Assembly: GCA_002269645.1 (NCBI GenBank)
Contig: NIVC01000291.1
Location: forward strand, 124,001 to 188,000
Direction of reading: 5' to 3'
From: Macrostomum lignano
Lineage: Eukaryota
Length of the DNA stretch: 64,000 bases
Positions 56,101-64,000 of the stretch are shown here, piece by piece. Within the stretch, counting starts at the first letter, position 1; each line of letters starts with the position of its first letter. The notes under the pieces were generated by a model that had not been told where the DNA came from, ran no database searches, and saw only the letters and a program-made list of their open reading frames with translations. Both the position numbers and the translations under genes were made by a program.

Positions 56101-57803
56101 TGCTTAGCAACCGCCACCGTTGCTCCCGCTGCTGCTGATGACTCGCTGGTCGCTGGAGCCGCGGGATACTGCTCGCTAAAGGCGGGCCCAGCAGCCACGG
56201 TGGAGCACCTCCAGGACGCTAAGCTCGCCTTCCAGCATGGCGGGGCTTCGATGCCCGCCCTGGAGGATGAGACTGTCGACGTAGTGGCCGCAACCGATGA
56301 CAAGGAGGGCCGCCTGCGGCACCGCGCCCTGCTGCAGCGCCCGATGCTCGCCTTTGCCTGCTACTCGGTGCTGGTCCGGCCGCTGCCACTGGGCGTCCCG
56401 GAGCGGCGACTCAGCCTTACGAGGGAGGCCGAACCATCCGCAGCTCCGACGAGCATCACGGCCGAGTGGCTGCCTGAAGTCGCGGGCAGCCAGCAGCTCC
56501 GAGTCGCCTGGATGGCGCCACCATTCAACCAGCGCAATGGCATCCTGACGGCAACGCAAATTTACATCTTCGGCCCGAGCGCCGATGGTGAGGGCTGGAA
56601 ACCGGCAGCCGTGAAGCCGCTCAGCGTCCCGTGGCCGGCTCGGTCGGTGAACCTGAGCGGCTTGAGCCCCGGCCGCGGCTACAGCCTGATTCTCTCCTCG
56701 GCAAACTGCATGGGCGAGGGCGTTTGCTCCGCTCCGCTGCACGTCGGCCTGGGACTCCTCGGCGATGAGGCCTGGTGGCGCGACCGGCGCCGGCTGGCGG
56801 CCTCGGCGGCGCGCGGCCCCGGCTTCCTGGCCGCGATGGCCGGCGGCGCCTGCCTCTGGCTCGGCCTGTGCGCCTTTGTGGCCTACGCCGTGCGGAGGCG
56901 CAGCGGCGGCTGGCTGACGCGGAGCTACGCGCTGCGGGACGCAACGCCGCTTCCGCGTGGCGAGAAATCGGCAGCGCCGGCGATGACCTCGGCGGACTCC
57001 TTCCCGCTGCTGCTGCCGCCGCTGCTGCAGCCCGCGTGGCGTCACCAGGAGCGTCAGCAGCAGCCATCGCTGGCCGGCCCGCAACAACCGCCAGTGCACG
57101 CCGCATCGCCCTACGCCAGCGCCAGCGTCGTGCGGCGAGTCGCCGGCCTCAGCGATGAATACAGTCTGGGTGGCGATGGCAGCGCGGAGGCAGCTTCTGA
57201 CAGGTCACAACTCATGACTATGCGTACAGGGTGCTTTAGCCAAGAACACTTGGATAATCTAACATTCTTCAGTATGTTCAAAATCTCAGAGAAAATCGAA
57301 GGCCTATTTTAACTGTGCATTGGGGATCGGCCCCTATAGGCGCTAATCAACCATTTATGTACACCAGCCCTAAACTGCTGGTGACTTTTGCCTCAGAGAG
57401 GCAGACAGGCTACCGCCCTGCTGCACAGGCCACCCACCCATCGAACGCAATCTCTAAGCAGTAAATTTAATCCAAGATCATCGAGATCCTCCTGCAGAAG
57501 CTGCCGCTAGCACCGCTGCCCGCCTCTTTTTCCAACAGATTCACCCGGACGCCCGACGCATTCAACAGTCAGTGGCAGCCCGGCGGCAGCTTCTCGCAGC
57601 CTCCCAGTCTGCCGCTTCATCAGCAGAGCCCCGGTTTGGACGGCTACCTGAGCCGCAGCAGCCGCTGCCGCCGAATCCGCCGCCGACACCGCCGCCACCG
57701 CCGCCGATTCCGGGAGCTGTCGGTGTCGACTTCGGACAGCGACGAGCTGCGCGCTGCAGCGGAGGCGGCGGCGACTGCAGCAGGAGTGCCATTCGCCATC
57801 TGA
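53179..57803 (+). CDS. robo: Roundabout (Robo)-like Ig/FN3 receptor, about 1101 aa: signal peptide, 4 Ig, 3 FN3, TM, cytoplasmic tail
   Basis: Exons 53179-53569, 53651-53966, 54210-55072, 55595-55851, 55990-57203, 57539-57803 (3306 nt, in frame). Robo-like motifs: QPRDQTV, GNPPPTVYWSKG, GVTEWPGAVNV, PPFNQRNGIL (FN3-3), TM FLAAMAGGACLWLGLCAFVAYAV, and CC1-like SPYASASVV. Confidence 0.8.
54001..54182. repeat. 34-bp tandem repeat in Robo intron 2
   Basis: Unit CTGTGCCGCTTCTGACCAATCATCGGTCATGAAT, about 5 copies. Confidence 0.93.
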
Positions 57804-58302
57804 CTGCCATTCGCCATCTGACTGCCATTCGCCATCTGACTGTCATTCGCCATCTGACTGGCATTCGCCATCTGACTGGCATTCGCCATCTGACTGCCAT
57901 TCGCCATCTGACTGGCATTCGCCATCTGACTGGCATTCGCCGTCTGACTGCCATTCGCCATCTGACTGCCATTCGCCATCTGACTGCCATTCGCCATCTG
58001 ACTGCCATTCGCCATCTGACTGCTATTCGCCATCTGACTGCCATTCGCCATCTGACTGCCATTCGCCATCTGACTGCCATTCGCCATCTGACTGCCATTC
58101 GCCATCTGACTGCCATTCGCCATCTGACTGCCATTCGCCGTCTGACTGCCATTCGCCATCTGACTGCCATTCGCCATCTGACTGCCATTCGCCATCTGAC
58201 TGCCATTCGCCATCTGACTGCCATTCGCCATCTGACTGCCATTCGCCATCTGACTGCCATTCGCCATCTGACTGCCATTCGCCATCTGACTGCCATTCGC
58301 CG
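57786..58302. repeat. 18-bp minisatellite beginning at the Robo stop codon
   Basis: Unit GCCATTCGCCATCTGACT, about 28 copies. Confidence 0.96.
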
Positions 58303-58764
58303 TAGCCGTTTTGGCCTGATGTTTCACGAGTTTATAGACTTTAACTTGGCTACTGAAGATCAGGAAATGTCAAATAACTACAGCAATCCACAGCCAATGC
58401 ATTAATTAGAACGTATTCATCAACTTGACTCACACGTACTGGTTCTCAATTGGGTACGTACTATGAGGAGGACATCTCATAGACAGGTAGTGTCTCCTCA
58501 CCTCTACTGCCAACGGTTCTTGGAATGTCGCTTGAAAAATGAACGCATATAGTAACCAGCTTTGCTTCTGCGGTGTAATTTGCGTTCTATTTAAGGGAAA
58601 AAAACATTAAATATATTTGACTGTAAATAATCGTAAATATGCATTGGAATATTATTTGCTGATTAACTAACTAAAAAGATATTACAGTTTTCACAGGTAG
58701 CTATTCAGGATCTTCTGTAAGTGCTTGACAGGATATTGTGATAGCAAATGGTATTTTACTCGTA

Positions 58765-59268
58765 GATTTACATTCACAACATTCAAATTCACAACATTCA
58801 CATTCACAACATTCACATTCACAACATTCACATTCACAACATTCACATTTACAACATTCACATTCACAACATTCACATTCACAACATTCACATTCACAAC
58901 ATTCACATTCACAACATTCACATTCACAACATTCACATTCACAACATTCACATTCACAACATTCACATTCACAACATTCACATTCACAACATTCACATTC
59001 ACAACATTCACATTCACAACATTCACATTCACAACATTCACATTCACAACATTCACATTTACAACATTCACATTCACAACATTCACATTCACAACATTCA
59101 CATTCACAACATTCACATTCACAACATTCACATTCACAACATTCACATTCACAACATTCACATTCACAACATTCACATTCACAACATTCACATTCACAAC
59201 ATTCACATTCACAACATTCACATTCACAACATTCGCATTCACAACATTCACATTCACAACGTTCACGA
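58765..59268. repeat. 15-bp minisatellite
   Basis: Unit ACAACATTCACATTC, about 33 copies. Confidence 0.96.
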
Positions 59269-59924
59269 CTGTGCTAAATTGTTACCGTAAAATAAAGTTA
59301 TGTTTGACGGATTACTTTAACAGTTAAGACAAATAGGTTAGCAATTTCTTTGCTTGCTACTCTTAGTAACAATACAGTCATTTGCAGTAAGAAAGTGCGA
59401 CATAAGAACTAACAAATTTAAATATTTTTATTGGTTAGACAGGGAATGAAATTAGTTGTGTCGGTGTGACTGAGTGATTGCGGAGTGACTGAAATATCAA
59501 ATGAGTGATTTTGGAACGGAGTGACTGAGATGTCAAACAAGTGATTGAACCGAAGCCCAGAAATCTGCTGTGGGAGCAGTCAGAGCTCAGTCCCAAGGAT
59601 ATCCCCTGGAGACTGAGTGCACAGCGCACACATAATTACACTGATTGTCCCTTGACGACGGGCTCCGGGCAGCCAGGCCAGAGTAAAAGCAAACTTGACT
59701 TGAAACTCAGCTTCGGGTCAGCAATCTGCAATCGGAGCCTGCAAGAGCAGAAGCAAATCGATGTCTGAGAGCTGCTGCTGCTGGGAGGCGATAAGATGGA
59801 CCGCAGGCAGAAGTTAATTGCTTGGCCTGGAAATGAGTTTTGATTGAGTGCTGGCTGGCAGGAGATGCGCAGGGCCGTCACTGTCCCATTCATTTTTAAG
59901 TCAGTGCTTCAAGTTAGTTCCACT

Positions 59925-62900
59925 GAGTGTGGTTCTGTTCTGGATGTGTTGTGGCTCTGTTCTAGATGTGTTGTAGGTCTGTTCTAGATGTGTTGTGGCT
60001 CTGTTCTGGATGTGTTGTGGCTCTGTTCTAGATGTGTTGTGGCTCTGTTCTAGATGTGTTGTAGGTCTGTTCTAGATGTGTTGTGGGTCTGTTCTAGATG
60101 TGTTGTGGGTCTGTTCTAGATGTGTTGTAGGTCTGTTCTAGATGTGTTGTGGCTCTGTTCTGGATGTGTTGTGGCTCTGTTCTAGATGTGTTGTAGGTCT
60201 GTTCTAGATGTGTTGTGGCTCTGTTCTGGATGTGTTGTGGCTCTGTTCTAGATGTGTTGTAGGTCTGTTCTAGATGTGTTGTGGCTCTGTTCTGGATGTG
60301 TTGTGGCTCTGTTCTAGATGTGTTGTAGGTCTGTTCTAGATGTGTTGTGGCTCTGTTCTGGATGTGTTGTGGGTCTGTTCTAGATGTGTTGTAGGTCTGT
60401 TCTAGATGTGCTGTGGCTCTGTTCTAGATGTGTTGTAGGTCTGTTCTAGATGTGTTGTGGCTCTGTTCTGGATGTGTTGTGGCTCTGTTCTAGATGTGTT
60501 GTGGCTCTGTTCTAGATGTGTTGTAGGTCTGTTCTAGATGTGTTGTGGGTCTGTTCTAGATGTGTTGTGGGTCTGTTCTAGATGTGTTGTAGGTCTGTTC
60601 TAGATGTGTTGTGGCTCTGTTCTGGATGTGTTGTGGCTCTGTTCTAGATGTGTTGTAGGTCTGTTCTAGATGTGTTGTGGCTCTGTTCTGGATGTGTTGT
60701 GGCTCTGTTCTAGATGTGTTGTAGGTCTGTTCTAGATGTGTTGTGGCTCTGTTCTGGATGTGTTGTGGGTCTGTTCTAGATGTGTTGTAGGTCTGTTCTA
60801 GATGTGCTGTGGCTCTGTTCTAGATGTGTTGTAGGTCTGTTCTAGATGTGTTGTGGCTCTGTTCTGGATGTGTTGTGGCTCTGTTCTAGATGTGTTGTAG
60901 GTCTGTTCTAGATGTGCTGTGGCTCTGTTCTGGATGTGTTGTGGCTCTGTTCTAGATGTGTTGTGGCTCTGTTCTGGATGTGTTGTGGCTCTGTTCTAGA
61001 TGTGTTGTAGGTCTGTTCTAGATGTGTTGTGGCTCTGTTCTGGATGTGTTGTGGCTCTGTTCTAGATGTGTTGTAGGTCTGTTCTAGATGTGTTGTGGCT
61101 CTGTTCTGGATGTGTTGTGGCTCTGTTCTAGATGTGTTGTAGGTCTGTTCTAGATGTGTTGTGGCTCTGTTCTGGATGTGTTGTGGCTCTGTTCTAGATG
61201 TGTTGTAGGTCTGTTCTAGATGTGTTGTGGCTCTGTTCTGGATGTGTTGTGGCTCTGTTCTAGATGTGTTGTAGGTCTGTTCTAGATGTGTTGTGGCTCT
61301 GTTCTGGATGTGTTGTGGGTCTGTTCTAGATGTGTTGTGGCTCTGTTCTGGATGTGCTGTGGCTCTGTTCTAGATGTGTTGTAGGTCTGTTCTAGATGTG
61401 TTGTGGCTCTGTTCTGGATGTGTTGTGGCTCTGTTCTAGATGTGTTGTAGGTCTGTTCTAGATGTGCTGTGGCTCTGTTCTGGATGTGTTGTGGCTCTGT
61501 TCTAGATGTGTTGTGGCTCTGTTCTGGATGTGTTGTGGCTCTGTTCTAGATGTGTTGTAGGTCTGTTCTAGATGTGTTGTGGCTCTGTTCTGGATGTGTT
61601 GTGGCTCTGTTCTAGATGTGTTGTGGCTCTGTTCTAGATGTGTTGTGGCTCTGTTCTGGATGTGTTGTGGCTCTGTTCTAGATGTGTTGTAGGTCTGTTC
61701 TAGATGTGCTGTGGCTCTGTTCTAGATGTGTTGTAGGTCTGTTCTAGATGTGTTGTGGCTCTGTTCTGGATGTGTTGTGGCTCTGTTCTAGATGTGTTGT
61801 AGGTCTGTTCTAGATGTGTTGTGGCTCTGTTCTGGATGTGTTGTGGCTCTGTTCTAGATGTGTTGTAGGTCTGTTCTAGATGTGTTGTGGCTCTGTTCTG
61901 GATGTGTTGTGGGTCTGTTCTAGATGTGTTGTAGGTCTGTTCTAGATGTGTTGTGGCTCTGTTCTGGATGTGTTGTGGCTCTGTTCTAGATGTGTTGTAG
62001 GTCTGTTCTAGATGTGTTGTGGCTCTGTTCTGGATGTGTTGTGGCTCTGTTCTAGATGTGTTGTGGGTCTGTTCTAGATGTGTTGTGGCTCTGTTCTGGA
62101 TGTGTTGTGGCTCTGTTCTAGATGTGTTGTAGGTCTGTTCTAGATGTGCTGTGGCTCTGTTCTGGATGTGTTGTGGCTCTGTTCTAGATGTGTTGTGGCT
62201 CTGTTCTGGATGTGTTGTGGCTCTGTTCTAGATGTGTTGTGGCTCTGTTCTAGATGTGTTGTAGGTCTGTTCTAGATGTGTTGTGGCTCTGTTCTGGATG
62301 TGTTGTGGCTCTGTTCTAGATGTGTTGTAGGTCTGTTCTAGATGTGTTGTGGCTCTGTTCTGGATGTGTTGTGGCTCTGTTCTAGATGTGTTGTAGGTCT
62401 GTTCTAGATGTGTTGTGGCTCTGTTCTGGATGTGTTGTGGCTCTGTTCTAGATGTGTTGTGGGTCTGTTCTAGATGTGTTGTGGCTCTGTTCTGGATGTG
62501 TTGTGGCTCTGTTCTAGATGTGTTGTAGGTCTGTTCTAGATGTGTGTGGCTCTGTTCTGGATGTGTTGTGGCTCTGTTCTAGATGTGTTGTGGCTCTGTT
62601 CTGATGTGTTGTGGCTCTGTTCTAGATGTGTTGTGGTCTGTTCTAGATGTGTTGTAGGTCTGTTCTAGATGTGTTGTGGCTCTGTTCTGGATGTGTTGTG
62701 GCTCTGTTCTAGATGTGTTGTAGGTCTGTTCTAGATGTGTTGTGGCTCTGTTCTGGATGTGTTGTGGCTCTGTTCTAGATGTGTTGTAGGTCTGTTCTAG
62801 ATGTGTTGTGGCTCTGTTCTGGATGTGTTGTGGCTCTGTTCTAGATGTGTTGTAGGTCTGTTCTAGATGTGTTGTGGCTCTGTTCTGGATGTGTTGTGGC

Positions 62901-64000
62901 TCTGTTCTAGATGTGTTGTAGGTCTGTTCTAGATGTGTTGTGGCTCTGTTCTGGATGTGTTGTGGCTCTGTTCTAGATGTGTTGTAGGTCTGTTCTAGAT
63001 GTACTGTGGCTCTGTTCTAGATGTGTTGTAGGTCTGTTCTAGATGTGTTGTGGCTCTGTTCTGGATGTGTTGTGGCTCTGTTCTAGATGTGTTGTAGGTC
63101 TGTTCTAGATGTGCTGTGGCTCTGTTCTGGATGTGTTGTGGCTCTGTTCTAGATGTGTTGTGGCTCTGTTCTGGATGTGTTGTGGCTCTGTTCTAGATGT
63201 GTTGTAGGTCTGTTCTAGATGTGTTGTGGCTCTGTTCTGGATGTGTTGTGGCTCTGTTCTAGATGTGTTGTAGGTCTGTTCTAGATGTGTTGTGGCTCTG
63301 TTCTGGATGTGTTGTGGTCTGTTCTAGATGTGTTGTAGGTCTGTTCTAGATGTGCTGTGGCTCTGTTCTAGATGTGTTGTAGGTCTGTTCTAGATGTGTT
63401 GTGGCTCTGTTCTGGATGTGTTGTGGCTCTGTTCTAGATGTGTTGTAGGTCTGTTCTAGATGTGTTGTGGCTCTGTTCTGGATGTGTTGTGGCTCTGTTC
63501 TAGATGTGTTGTAGGTCTGTTCTAGATGTGTTGTGGCTCTGTTCTGGATGTGTTGTGGCTCTGTTCTAGATGTGTTGTAGGTCTGTTCTAGATGTGTTGT
63601 GGCTCTGTTCTGGATGTGTTGTGGCTCTGTTCTAGATGTGTTGTAGGTCTGTTCTAGATGTGTTGTGGCTCTGTTCTGGATGTGTTGTGGCTCTGTTCTA
63701 GATGTGTTGTAGGTCTGTTCTAGATGTGTTGTGGCTCTGTTCTGGATGTGTTGTGGCTCTGTTCTAGATGTGTTGTAGGTCTGTTCTAGATGTGTTGTGG
63801 CTCTGTTCTGGATGTGTTGTGGCTCTGTTCTAGATGTGTTGTAGGTCTGTTCTAGATGTGTTGTGGCTCTGTTCTGGATGTGTTGTGGCTCTGTTCTAGA
63901 TGTGTTGTAGGTCTGTTCTAGATGTGTTGTGGCTCTGTTCTGGATGTGTTGTGGTCTGTTCTAGATGTGTTGTAGGTCTGTTCTAGATGTGCTGTGGCTC
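59925..64000. repeat. 22-bp satellite, over 4 kb, running off the window end
   Basis: Unit CTCTGTTCTAGATGTGTTGTGG with a dominant 66-bp trimer. Confidence 0.97.

Noticed and set aside
57562-59327. (MAVRWR)n, (ANGSQM)n, (VNVVN)n and (FTTFT)n ORFs
   Set aside because: Translations of the 18- and 15-bp arrays downstream of the Robo stop.

Overview
Eukaryotic (animal) genomic DNA, not prokaryotic: GT-AG introns, GC-rich exons, and about 30 micro/minisatellite arrays. Repeat load, codon style and the RTE C-terminus suggest the flatworm Macrostomum (inference). Hand-spliced gene models with consistent phases: a GAF-GAF cyclic-nucleotide phosphodiesterase of PDE5/PDE11 type (minus, 7511-15766, one weak exon), an intronless orphan 2-TM protein (20937-22010), two convergent CYP2-clan P450 paralogues (25688-27308 plus, with a 1-bp frameshift; 39578-41527 minus), one or two small disordered-protein genes (32402-36837 minus), a DEG/ENaC channel (42471-45030) and a Robo-like receptor (53179-57803). 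Mobile DNA: a non-LTR RT fragment, a hAT-type MITE with an 8-bp TSD, a fold-back element, a Tc1 remnant, a full-length tRNA-derived SINE with a 13-bp TSD plus decayed relatives, and an RTE 3' end. Best leads: the PDE keeps its metal ligands but has the invariant substrate Gln replaced by His; the Robo appears to lack the Slit-binding Ig1; the small acidic proteins share an RRxG-hydrophobic motif resembling a PKA pseudosubstrate; minisatellites arise at stop codons; satellites show higher-order structure. No CRISPR, rRNA or genuine tRNA gene was seen. All family assignments come from motif recognition by eye, with no database search.
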